64,000 nucleotides of DNA, taken from Octopus sinensis (lineage: Eukaryota). The DNA is taken from positions 1 through 64,000 of the forward strand of contig NW_021833722.1 of assembly GCF_006345805.1 (NCBI RefSeq), given 5' to 3'. Below the pieces are notes generated by a model. It ran no database searches. It had not been told where the DNA came from and saw only the letters and a list, made by a program, of their open reading frames with translations. Below, in pieces: positions 51,660 through 64,000 of this stretch. Position 1 is the first letter of the stretch, and each line of letters opens with the position of its first letter. The position numbers and the translations under genes were made by a program.

Positions 51660-51990
51660 AACATCATACGTAGGTTAATCAAAAAAAGTAATTAGAAATC
51701 GTTAGCAAATACATCTTCGGCATTATCAACTTCCAAATGAAAAGCACCACAAGGCTGCAACAATAATATTGTGTCACTGCCATCATCAGTTCCAAAGCAT
51801 TGAGAATAAATCGCCCGATGAATTGATCTAGTTCGACATTATAAACTTCTATCCATCTATTTCTCAATATCTTACCCTAAAAGTGGATGAAGTGAGTGTT
51901 TTCCTGGGTGAAAAAAGAAGGAGACTCTTTGACAACATCATGGAGGGCTATGATGGAGCTGAAGTGGCTAAATACCGTGAAATTGGTTTT
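51660..51990 (+). mobile_element. Penelope-like reverse transcriptase remnant
   Basis: IENKSPDELI*FDIINFYPSISQ and WVKKEG/LFDNIMEGYDGAEV match the recalled PLE RT motifs FDIVDFYPSI and FDVTMGSYDGAE. Confidence 0.75.
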
Positions 51991-52550
51991 TCCATAAAAA
52001 CAGTCAAAGCACCGCATTCTGCAGTACCGAGGGTTATACAATCTTCGAAAATGTGAACGCAAAACTATGGACTGACGTCGGTTATTTCAGAATCCGATTT
52101 TAACATAACCATTAAAATAAACTTAGCGTTAATCAAATTTTAAATTGAAAATTAGATTTAAATTTAGGATAATACCAGTACTTATAGAATATTAACACTT
52201 GCATTATGTACACCCATTGTATACATCTCTGGAATAATTAGTATGGTCTCTGAACGATCATTCTGCGCTCTAAGACAGTGATGATCTAACTAGATGTAGC
52301 TTCAGTGGGAAAATAGCATTCATAAAAAGCATTCGCCCATTCGACCCCAGAGTAAAACCAAGGGAGAGGAGAGTATTTTTGGTTTAATCCATCTTTGATG
52401 AAAACCAGGAAAAGTTCGGCTTTCGTAAAACAACACCGACTGACAATACTACACTCTCTCAGGTATTTCTTTATTGCAGTTTTAGCACCGATGATACAGG
52501 TACACTTGAAGAATAAGTTCCTTGTTGTGCGATTATATAAGCAAATATAC

Positions 52551-52680
52551 ATAGGCGCAGGTGTGTATGTGTGGCGGGAGATTTGCTTCCCGGATGCGTG
52601 TTTCCAGGTTCGGTTCCACTGCTTGGCACCTTGGGCTTTGTGAATGGATTTGGCAGACGGAAACTGAAAGAAGCCTATCG

Positions 52681-52729
<49 letters not shown>

Positions 52730-52755
52730 CGATAGGCTTCTACACAGACACAAAG

Positions 52756-52788
<33 letters not shown>

Positions 52789-52836
52789 ACACACCATATA
52801 TGTATGTATATATATATGTATATATATATGTATATA

Positions 52837-52912
<76 letters not shown>

Positions 52913-53130
52913 TTCTTTGTGTCTGTGTATCTTCAACCCCCGCTTGATGACTGGTGTTGGTGTGTTTACGTCCTCGCAACTTAGCGGTTCAGCAAAAAGA
53001 CAACGATTGAATAAGTACAAGGATTGAAAAAAGTAAGTTGTAGGATCGATTGATTCGACTAAAAGTTCTTGAAGGCGGTGCCCCAGCATGGCCACACTGT
53101 AATTGAATGAAACAAATAAAAGATAAAAGA
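52551..53130 (+). mobile_element. SINE family A, decayed full length with ~240-bp central microsatellite
   Basis: Head, central gacggaaactgaaagaagcc, microsatellite and tail ggcggtgccccagcatggccac appear in order. Confidence 0.8.
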
Positions 53131-54142
53131 ACATTTTTACTGCCCGTATTAATTAGTATTAATTAGTTGACATGAGACGAACATTTTTGAATATGTGAAC
53201 CCAGAAAGAATTATCCCCGATTGAAGATAAGCGCTGAAAAGAATTCTGTAGAATTGATAAAACGCCAAAACTTTTTTTCTTTTGAATGATCCAATCAAAG
53301 ACTTTTAATGCAGCAACTTTGGTAAAAAAACCCCAACATTCTGACTTTTTAGAAGAGAAAGGAAAATAGGAAGAAAAAATATTCATTCATATAGAAACAT
53401 ATGCATATGTATATTCATATTCATACATACACCTATATATACATAACAACAAGGGAAGTGTATGTGTGTGTGTATATGTGTGTATGTGTGGTGTGTGTGT
53501 GTGTGTGTATACATACGTATTTATATGCATATAAACATTAAATTTTAGATTGATAGATTCACTGAGGTATAGACTGTCAGTGATTTAGTAAAAGGTTCTA
53601 ATTATCAAACGAAATACTGTAACATTTGAACACAAAAGCTTTTATTTGGTGCTTCTTTATTTTTGTTTTTATATATGGTCTATATATGGTAATCAATGAA
53701 AGAGATTGTGAGCGGGAGGGGATGTAAATATAGGAATCGAAGATTACAAGTGCTAGCACTTAACGCATTGATTGCTGTAACGTCTGCCAGAAAAGAGAAA
53801 TGGAAATGAGATTTGAAAACCTCAAAACATTTCTTAATGATGTAAAGCAAAAACCATTAAGAATATGGAGAAAATCAACAACTACAACAACAACAACAGC
53901 AACAGCTACAGCAACAACAACAACAGCAACAACAACAACAACAACAACAACGGTTCAGTGCTAATCATATATTCATAAACACGGTCCCCTAAATCCGTAA
54001 AGCCATTTCACTCTGTATGTGAAATGTGTTATAAAGAAGGTTGATAAAATATTTCTGTAATATTTTCTTTTAGCTGACATTATGTCGATTATTATTGCTG
54101 TTAGTAATAGTTTAAAGAATTTTCTTGGATATATTTATTGCA

Positions 54143-54228
54143 CTAACAAGAATTTCTTCTTTTTCAGGAATAACTTTGGCAAGACAATATGTCTGAAATC
54201 GTTTACTGGAACATAGAATATCATTTTG
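54143..54228 (+). other. Candidate 3' splice site and small exon (54168-54228)
   Basis: CTAAC branch-like motif at 54143-54147, pyrimidine tract, CAG at 54165-54167. ATG at 54189 (MSEIVYWNIEYHF); weak donor TTG|GTAGAG. Confidence 0.25.
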
Positions 54229-55189
54229 GTAGAGGCAGCTTTTTTAATCATTTCATCACACGGACTGCTTTTATTTCCAAATTTATTATTAAATAATATA
54301 GCACATCAAAATATTTAACGGAATATATTTTTGACCCGCTCAATGATATTCTCTCTCATTATGTTAATTCTAAAAGAACATTTCTTTTCCTTCTTGAATA
54401 AGGTTTTAAATTCTAAACAAATAAACTGTTTCTAGCAAAGATAAAATCTGGGTTTCTTCATATCCATGCATTACTTTTCCTCCTACAACGGGCCGATTAT
54501 TTGAAAAATATTTTCATATGGACATTCAGTTTCAATTTTTCTGTCGAATATTCCAGAAACAATTATAATTCACTTTGTAAAAATGAAAATAAAAACTCTT
54601 TTCAAATTTGAACTTGGTTTGATTTGTGCCAAACACGAAACTTTCGGCCCTTGAGTTAATTTTGTAACTTCCTGCCCCTTAAAAATAGTAAAAAAAGTAT
54701 ACACCCCAGAGAGTATATAGCAATTTCTTTCTTTCTGTTTCTTATATACACGAGTATACGCATGCGTGTATACATGTATGTTTCTATGTAAACTTAGATA
54801 TACTTCGTCAAAATACGAAATATACAGCGAGATTCAGTTTTAATAAGCATCTTTCCGCATACGAAGTTATGCATGAATGAACACGGAAAGGAATTACATA
54901 AATGCGTATATGAAAAGAAATACAATTACATATTCCCCACCCTCCACATATATACATATACATGCATATATGTACACACACATAGACACACACACAGATA
55001 CAACATATATAGTTCTATAATATATATATTTGTATATATATCTCATGGAGATTTCCTCTCCAAATACAAACTATGCAATGCAAGATATAAATTGAATTCA
55101 ACAACAAATCCCGACTCTAATAAAAATCTTCCGCTTTTATGAGAGGCGGCATGAAAGAGGCACATGCCTGCTGTTAGAGGAACTCTACT

Positions 55190-55225
<36 letters not shown>

Positions 55226-55277
55226 ATATATATATAATATATTATATATATTATATATATGTATATAATATATATAT

Positions 55278-55398
<121 letters not shown>

Positions 55399-55401
55399 AT
55401 G

Positions 55402-55439
<38 letters not shown>

Positions 55440-55479
55440 CATAATTGAGCCACTGGAGTATCGAAAGAAATATATACTG

Positions 55480-55960
55480 AACTACCACTAAGAATTTCCT
55501 ACCTCTTTCCCCTGGCTCTAAGATGAGAGAGATATCTAGTGATATACATATGGAAGATCGCAGAGGAGCTGGCACCAAATGCCTACATTGAGAATTATAT
55601 CAGCCCTCGAAGATGACACCATAGTTCTGTTCCAAAGGTCCCACCCATCCCGTCTACAGTAAGGACCAGTTACTGCAGTAACTTGAGCTTGAAAGTCCCA
55701 CAGCTATTTAACAATTTGCTAAAAAGCCTGAGAGATCTACGGGGAGCGGCAGCAGGTGTTTTCAACAGAAACCTTTACTTTCTGACGTCGAAGATCTCAG
55801 ATGAAGCTACATCGCGACAAGACACTCAAACGATAGCAGCAATACCAAAGTCCCTCATTGACCACAGTGAACAAATGAGGGATGGCCTTTCAATAAGTGC
55901 TGAGAATGGTAGTGCTCCAGCATGGCCACAGCCTTATGCCGAAAAGCATAAAATAATAGA
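55480..55960 (+). mobile_element. CR1/L2-clade LINE 3' end
   Basis: SLKVPQLFNNLLKSLRDLRG...GVFNRNLYF...DEATSRQ...SLID resembles the CR1 ORF2 C-terminus (GPQLFN.LP..LRDL...VFK.KLD.FL..VPDEP...SNSL..Q), followed by a 3'UTR. Confidence 0.75.
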
Positions 55961-56316
55961 AGATAGACCTAAACCAATTTTTTTTTGCATATGTAAACTC
56001 TTGATATTCGTATATGTATGTATATGTGTGTGCATGTATGTATTTATGTGAATGTATGTGTGTATGTATATATGTGAATGTATGTATGTATGTGTGTATG
56101 TTTGTATGCATGTGTGTGAATGTATGTATGTATATGTGTGTGTATGTAAGTATGTGTGTATGTGTGTATGTGTGTATGTATGTATGTGTATGTATGTGTG
56201 TGTATGTATGTATGTATGTATGTATGTTGTATGTATGTATGTATGTATGTATTATGTATGTGTGTGTATAGTATGTATTTGAATATAATATATACATATA
56301 AGTGCATGTGGTATAT

Positions 56317-56381
<65 letters not shown>

Positions 56382-56691
56382 ACATATATATGTACGCATT
56401 ATATATATGTAAATATATATATATACATATATACGTATGCATTTATATTGTAAAGTTAAATAATGTTCAAGATGAAATTATCCAGGTTTCATGACTCAAG
56501 CCTCATGCCGGATGAAAGCAACCAACGGATAAAGTGGCCATCGACCGACTTTAAACACGACTAACGAATCTAAAAAAAAAAGATTTCTATATTAACCATA
56601 ATAAAAGAGAGATAAGGCTTTATTGCTGTTATGTTTGTTTTTATTTATAATTCGTTAAATATCCCTGGAACTTTCATCTATATGAATGTAC

Positions 56692-56733
<42 letters not shown>

Positions 56734-57189
56734 ACACACATACACACACGCACACACACATACACAAAAATAAGCAGACGCAGAAGACACATACACATAC
56801 ACACACGCATATATGCGTACACATACTCACAAACACACACTCAAAAACGTATGCATTTTCTCTTCTCTAACGTAACAATAGGTATGTTTGATGTAGAACT
56901 TTCAAAGCTCTCTTCTTCTATCTATTTACAGCCAGTTGAATAAAGTCAATAACTAAACAACATCGAAATAAAATGCAAGTATAATTAGGCAGAATAGAAA
57001 ATTTCGTTTCCCATTTGATTGCATTTTATTAAAAATGGCTGGTAAACCAAGAAATATAATGTGTATTGCTGAAAAAAAAATTCTTATTGGTTTCATAATT
57101 GGATAGATCAGTTTATGCGCGCGCCTACGTATGAATATAAATATAAATAAATAAATATAAATATATATATATATAAATATATATATATA

Positions 57190-57278
<89 letters not shown>

Positions 57279-57464
57279 GATATATATATATGCATGCATA
57301 CATGCATACATACGTACACACAGACACAGACACACACACACACACACATATGTATTGAGAGGGAAAGTGAAATAGAAATAAGATGCAGGGACAAAAATAT
57401 AAAATGAGGGAGAGAGAAATATATAAAGAAGACTGAAATAGCGAGAGATATTGAAGGACAACGA

Positions 57465-57525
<61 letters not shown>

Positions 57526-57904
57526 GCGAGAGAGGGTAAGTGACAGAAAGATAGAGACAGGGTGACAGATAGAGGGAATGAAGGAGAGATTAACTGATAA
57601 AAATACAAAAGACATGCCTTATTCTAAAATCTTCATTTTATTGCCACAGTTTTTTTTTTCTTTTTAACTTTCGGTTTTACTATCTTTTCTCCTTTTATAA
57701 TTTTCTTTGAAGCGAGCTATATTGGGAAATATAATAGTGAATGAGAACTCTACTGATTCTCGAAGAAAATCAGCTTACTACTATGACTGCTACCGCTATT
57801 GTCTAGGCCTCCATAACATATACACACCCGAGGCATTTTGTGAAGTAGAAATAAATTCTTAAAACTGTTATAGTATCAGTCTACCTTTTATGTATATATA
57901 TATC

Positions 57905-57920
57905 TCCCCTTCATCCTCTG

Positions 57921-57990
<70 letters not shown>

Positions 57991-58041
57991 GATCGATCGA
58001 TCGATCTATCGATCTATGTATCTGCCTGCCTGCCTGCCTGC

Positions 58042-58095
<54 letters not shown>

Positions 58096-58120
58096 CTCTC
58101 TCTATCTATCTATCTATCTA

Positions 58121-58153
<33 letters not shown>

Positions 58154-58212
58154 TTGTCTGTCTGCCTGTCTGTCTGTTTGTCTGTCTATCTATCTGTGTG
58201 TGTGTGTGTGTG
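57905..58212. repeat. (TATC/GATC/TGCC/TGTC)n tetranucleotide array
   Basis: Direct reading. Confidence 0.9.
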
Positions 58213-58380
58213 TGCGAGCTGGCAGAATCGTTAGCGCGCCGGTGAAAATGCTTAGCGACATTTCGCCCGTCGCTACGTTCTGAGTTCAAGTTTCGCCGAG
58301 GTCGACTTTGCCTTTCATCCTATAGGGATCGATAAAATTAGTACCAGTTGATCACCGGCGTCGATGTAATCAACTTACCC
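58213..58380 (+). mobile_element. SINE family B
   Basis: gcgagctggcagaatcgttagcgcgccggtg...gagttcaagtttcgccgaggtcgac. Confidence 0.85.
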
Positions 58381-58600
58381 GTCACTCCCTCGAACTCCCT
58401 GGCCTCGTGCCTACAGCAGAAACGATTTTAGGAATCCTTTCGGGGCGATAAAAGTAAAGAACCAGTCGAGTTCTGGGATCAATGAAGCCAACTCAATCCC
58501 TTAAAAATTAATTGCCTTCAGCCAAAATTAAAACAATTATTGTTATCATCATCATCATCATCATCATCATTATTGTCATTATTCATTATTATTATTATCA

Positions 58601-59634
58601 TTGTCTTTGCATAGCTTCTAACGCTGGGGATGTACTACAGTGTCAGCTGTTCACTACCAGTGAACTAAGGGAACACCTCTTATTTTTCGAGTACCTTCCG
58701 GAGTATTCGAGCAGTTCCAAGCAGCCCCTATTTGTTCCACGTACTTCTTGAGATTCTTGCTCACTGTTCCCAGGGCTCCGACAATTATTGGTACTACTGC
58801 TACCTTTTTCATCGACCGCAACTGCTTAACTTCCCAAGCTAACCTGTCATATCTCTCAACTTTTCTCTCTTCGTTATTGCATATCTTGTTGTCAGCTGGG
58901 CATGCTATTCTTTCTCATTTAAGACTATGTCTGGCTTCCTATTCTCTATCTCATGGTCATAAAGCCCCTCATGATCTTTGCATTATCATTTTCGATGATG
59001 CCTTCGAGTTTGTGGTCTGACCAATTTTTTGCTCTGTCAAGTCCATACTTGTTGCAGTGTGTCCAATGGACAATCCTTGCTATACTATCATGACGTCTCT
59101 TATATTCCTTCTGGACTAGTGGCGTACATTGGTTAGTAATATGCCATACGGTTTCACCATTTTGTCCACAAATTCTACACTTATCACATTCTGATGTGTT
59201 GTCTATTCTGTATTTTATGTAGTTTGTTCTTAGTGCTTGCTCTTGGGCAGCACAGATTAGAGCCTCCGTTTCCGGTTATAAATCACTTTTAGTCATCCAC
59301 AGCCATATTTTTCTCTGTCTCTCTTATCTTCAACATCCCTATGAAATTGTTCACGCATTCTTTTCTTTATCCACCTGTTTTCAGTTTCATTCGTTTTCAA
59401 TTGCTTGTACAGTGCTTTATCTTTGCAATCTTTCATCCTACACAAGCCTGACTTTCTTATTTCCAATAATAGCGGCTCTGTGCTATTTTTTATATACCAT
59501 ACTATGTTGTTTTCTTCTGCTCTAATGCTGTGTTCTCAACCAATCAGTCCTCTCCCTCCTCTTTTTCTTGGTACATACAGTCTGTGTGTGTCACTTTTTT
59601 GGCTGGAGTGTTCCATATCTAGTTAGCAACTTCC
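58601..59634 (-). mobile_element. Second R4/Dong-like RLE retrotransposon family, 5'-truncated (~1 kb), in (TTA)n
   Basis: DHEIENRKPDIVL and IACPADNKI...KVERYDRLAWEVKQL...VPIIVGALGTVSKNL (RLE domain). TTA-rich repeats on both flanks. Confidence 0.85.
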
Positions 59635-59680
<46 letters not shown>

Positions 59681-59703
59681 TTTTATTATTATTATTATTA
59701 TTA

Positions 59704-59745
<42 letters not shown>

Positions 59746-59815
59746 TATTATTATTATTATTATTATATTATTATTATTATTATTATTTATTATTATTATT
59801 ATTATTATTATATTA
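59635..59815. repeat. (TTA)n microsatellite
   Basis: Direct reading. Confidence 0.95.
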
Positions 59816-59984
59816 TCGTTGTTGTTATTGTTTTTTTTTTAAATAACAATGTATCACTGGGATTCAGTAGTGTCACATTCTTGCCACAATAATATGAATT
59901 CCCCATTCATTTCACTGGAATCAGGACTGGTCGGGGAAAATCGGCCTGTTTTTCATCGTGAGCGAGAGGTGACAACTGATACCA

Positions 59985-60390
59985 GCCAACCAACCAACCA
60001 ACCAACCAACCAACCAACCGACCGACCAACCAAACAACCACCCACCCACTCACCCACTCACTCACTCACCCATCCACCCACCCACCCACCCATCCATCCA
60101 CCCAACCAACCACCCAACCATCCACCCACCTACTCACCCACCCACCCAACCAACCAGTCAGCCAGCCACCCAACCAACCAACCAACCAACCAACCAACCA
60201 ACCAACCAACCAACCGACTAACCAACCAGCCAACCTACCAACCAACCAACCAACCAACCAACCAACCAACCAACCAACCAGCCAACCTACCAACCAACCA
60301 ACCGACCAACCAGCCAACCAAGCAACCAACCAAGCAACCAGCCAACCAACCAACCGACCAGCCACCCAACCAACCGACCAGCCAACCGTT
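59985..60390. repeat. (CCAA/CCCA)n tetranucleotide array
   Basis: Direct reading. Confidence 0.9.
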
Positions 60391-60699
60391 ATGCCACTGA
60401 AGCAAGACGGAAACAAAGTATGGTCTATGACTCAGTGTAATACTACATCCTTAGCAAGATCAAATATCCACAGCCAACTTCTTAAGAAGAAAATATGTCA
60501 GCAGTCTAGTTTTAATGTCTTCGACATTTGGCAAATGTCACTTCGTAAAGAATTACAATGTTTTAATTAGCTTTTATGTCAGGTGAAATGAGAGGTGCGG
60601 GCATAAATACTTAAAAAGCTCAATAAATCTCATCATCGTCATCTCGTTACTTCAGCAGCTGGATTAGTCATTAGTCATTAGTCATTATCAGTCAGCTAT

Positions 60700-61580
60700 G
60701 CCTCGAACGCTAACACTGTGTTGGTACGTCTTTAGATAAAATATGTTTAACATTCAACCAACTGCGCAGTCCATCCAAATGTATAATAGGTACAATAGGG
60801 AGGTTTAATTCAAAGCTGCAGATGGTTACAGTCCATTTGATAACAGGATTTTCTTTTCGGCTGTGCAGAATGTCAGTTTTCTTTTGAATAGGTGACGATA
60901 TAGAGAAGGAGATTAGGGAGGGGTTCAATCCCAGCGGAATGATAAGCGAAGTCGATTTGACAGAAGGAAAGGCGAACGTGGCAGAGGTAGGTTTTAAGCT
61001 CAGGACGCAAGAAGGACAGAATAAAATACTTGCTTCTACTATAAGCACAAGGCCTGAAATTTTGGCAAGGATATTGACCAACTAATGGAAGATTTCGTTG
61101 TTCGCATCCTACTAAAAGTACTGCTCTGTTGTATTTATCAGATAAAGTTCTCCTCGCAGCGACCATTGTCCACATCGCTTTCAGTACAATTGTACTCAAT
61201 GCTGTTCTATTGTAGGTTTGGACTTGTTCTACTTTGAATTAACAAGATGGCAGCCGATCTATTATTGATAAATTTACAGGGATAAAGTAATACAACCATA
61301 TGACAAATGCCGAATTTATTCGACAAAGAGATGATCATTCTCTATGTTCTTTTTTGTTCCGAAATTATGACAAATGGTAGATGTTGGAATTCTATGGCCA
61401 GACGTCTGTTGGCATGGTACCTAAATTCTTTGTGTTTTATATTAAGCAATCTCCGTAAATGTTTCTGAATAACAGTAACTAGAGCTTGGCGAGATTAGCT
61501 GCCAATTTGGAGCCAATTCTTGCTGTTAGGCATCGATCTAATAATCTCTCAAATATTGCCAAACCACGTAGCATAGTGAC
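60700..61580 (-). mobile_element. Possible decayed retroelement coding remnant (PLE N-terminal region?)
   Basis: Complex sequence with partly open minus-strand frames (VIQKHLRRLLNIKHKEFRYHA; SPIQKKTDILHSRKEN) reminiscent of PLE pre-RT regions. No diagnostic motif. Confidence 0.25.
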
Positions 61581-61649
61581 ATATGTTGTCTTCAAACACA
61601 ATTAATAAACGGTCACACCACACACACACACACACCACACACACACACA

Positions 61650-61697
<48 letters not shown>

Positions 61698-62009
61698 CAC
61701 ACACAAGCACACATGTCCTCCTGTATCAGTGTGACTGTAATTCTGTCTATATCTTATGCTTCCCTATTATCCTACCAAATATGTTCCTTCCGTCTTCCGC
61801 TTCTCCCTCTCCCCCCACCACATATATTATATTATACAAGATTATATTACATTATTACTCGTACACGTCCAGTTCTATTACGAACGGAATAAATAATATT
61901 CTATTCCACCGAAACATAGAAATAAATTAAAAAGGAAATAAAAGAATTACACAAAAATGGAAATAAAATACGCATGGCTTTTTACATTTTACCTGTGTAT
62001 ATATTTGTA

Positions 62010-62230
62010 TACAACATTCTATATATAAGTAAATCCAAAAAAGAAGAACAAATGCAAAAAGACACAACAACGCGAGGACGTGGTACATGTGAAGTATTAG
62101 CAGGCGCTCAGGGAAGGCAAGAAATATGGTTTAACGTTTCGAGCAAACGCTCTTCTTCGGAAACAGAGAAAAGTCCAATAGAAAGGAAGACAGAGGAGGA
62201 AAATCGCCAACGGTTCACATGTGGTTACAT
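62010..62230 (-). mobile_element. PLE-like terminal repeat
   Basis: Carries the hammerhead at 62129-62164; flank ggcaagaaatatggttt resembles gacaagaaatatgttt at window positions 17-32. Confidence 0.55.
62129..62164 (-). ncRNA. Minimal type-I hammerhead ribozyme motif, U4C variant
   Basis: GUUU-CCGAAGA-A-GAGC-GUUU-GCUC-GAAA-C-GUU-AAAC. Perfect 4-bp stems I and II, palindromic AACGUU stem III. Confidence 0.65.
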
Positions 62231-62818
62231 TTTGAAAGAAGACGTATCTATCGAAGAAGTGAGCTTTTCCCTCATCGATCGAGAGTTAAATCATACTATT
62301 GTATTTGTGAACGTCTTGAGCTCCGGTACCTCAGTGCGTTTCAGTCTACGCAAGGAATGGATCGACACAGAACTATAGGGAAGGAGACATGCTCAAGACA
62401 GCGGGTTCGAATGCGTGATCCCATGATTACGAAACAAACATCTCTCTACCATTCTCCACCATCGCCAAACACGCATACACGAACTCTTTCACACATGCGC
62501 ACACCCGTTCACTTCTTGGAAGCTGAGGTATATTTGTGTCTCCGGCATCGCGTCCATCAAGGCGAAACGTGCCGATAACGAGTAACTGAAACGAGAGGGA
62601 AAAGAAAAGCTTCGTATACGAATAAACAAACAGAACAACATCTAATGATTCTTTGTTTAGTTTGCACTCCCCTAGACATCCCATGTCGAGTAGACAAGAT
62701 TATATATACCCAATTATAGACGCCAGCGCATTGAGAGTGACCGCTGCACACATCCACAGATAGAGATCTCTCAGAGCGCGCGCGCGCACACACGCACACG
62801 CACACACACACACACACA

Positions 62819-62867
<49 letters not shown>

Positions 62868-62939
62868 ATATATATATATAAATATATGTGTATGTGTGTG
62901 TATACATACATGTATGTATCTATGTATGTGGGTGTATAC

Positions 62940-63155
62940 ATGTTTGTGTGCCTGTGTTTGTCCCCCCAACATCGTTTGACAACTGAAACCGGTGTGTTTA
63001 CGTCCCCGTAACTTAGCGTTTTGGCAAAAGAGAACGATAGAATAAGTACTAGGCTTACAAAGAATAAGCCCCGGGGTAGATTTGCTCGACTTAAGGTGGT
63101 GCTCCAGCATGGCCACAGTCAAATGACTGAAATAAGTAAAAGAATAAAAGAATAA
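62940..63155 (+). mobile_element. SINE family A, 3' half
   Basis: gtccccgtaacttagcg...gtgctccagcatggccacagtcaaatgactgaaataagtaaaaga. Confidence 0.9.
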
Positions 63156-63384
63156 TACAACGGACGAAATTTACATAACATATTATCTCAATCAATATTA
63201 ATATATATTCTAATTAATTAATTATTTTATTAAATGATAGTAGTGCACAACACAGCGTTGCAATTTTGAGCATACGGATAATATGATCTCATATAATGGG
63301 GTTACGTGTGCAGAAGTGGATTTGACCCGTCACTAGTCCAGTTAGACCATCACTAGAATGAGATAACCCATATTCTACCCTTAC

Positions 63385-63675
63385 ACTCACACACACACAC
63401 ACACGCACACACCACACACACACACACAACAAAAACACACACGCACACAACACACACACACACACAAACACACACGCACACACACACAACACACAAAACA
63501 CACACACACACAAACCACACACACAAACACCAACGCACACACACACACACCACACAAACACACACGCACACACACCAAAAACACCACACAAAACACCACA
63601 CACCAAAAACACACGCACACCACACACAAACACACACAAACACGCAACACCCACACAACACCACACACACACACA
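63385..63675. repeat. Degenerate (CA)n tract
   Basis: Direct reading. Confidence 0.9.
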
Positions 63676-64000
63676 TCTAGTCGTCTGTTACTTTTGCAGG
63701 TGGACGGGAGCATAAATCTGGTTGAAGGATTAGCCGGAGCGTGTGATAGATTGGAGCGTATGATAAGCTGGTTGTGTGCAGTACAAGCAAGTCTTTAACC
63801 AGGAGTCAGTAGAAAAAGCACTAAACAAAGCGATAGGGAGGGAACCGTGGATGAACAGTGCTTGAGTTTGGGGGAATAATAACGGCTGGTGTAGTTAGAA
63901 GTCATGAACGAGGGAAACCGAAGCTCTTGGAGCATGAAGCAGTGAACCATGATATTTCTTTACATCGTTCACCCTGCATAAATGTAGATACCAAATACAA

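Noticed and set aside
62530-62580. ggca...ggcgaaacgtgcc resembling the 3' half of a hammerhead
   Set aside because: No CUGANGA core upstream.

Overview
AT-rich, microsatellite-dense animal DNA, most likely an octopus (inferred from the SINE families and repeat style, not verified). It reads as intergenic or intronic sequence. I recognise no intact host gene, rRNA, tRNA or CRISPR array, and most ORFs in the supplied track are simple-repeat artefacts. The window is mainly a record of mobile elements. It holds a near-full-length R4/Dong-clade RLE retrotransposon plus further R4/Dong fragments, with the copies whose flanks I can read sitting in (TAA)n tracts. It also holds RTE, CR1 and Penelope-like (PLE) remnants, FLYWCH-MULE and mariner transposase relics, four kinds of MITE/foldback element and three tRNA-headed SINE families. 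The strongest leads are: (1) dispersed minimal type-I hammerhead ribozyme motifs from several PLE-like families, all with an extra core nucleotide; (2) a (TAA)n-targeted element nest that includes an unexplained 555-bp non-coding element; (3) a SINE and a CR1 LINE sharing a 20-nt 3' stem-loop; (4) an RTE LINE with C-terminal C2H2 fingers; (5) a 149-aa orphan ORF behind a promoter-like motif cluster. All assignments were made by eye from recalled motifs, with no database search or folding run.
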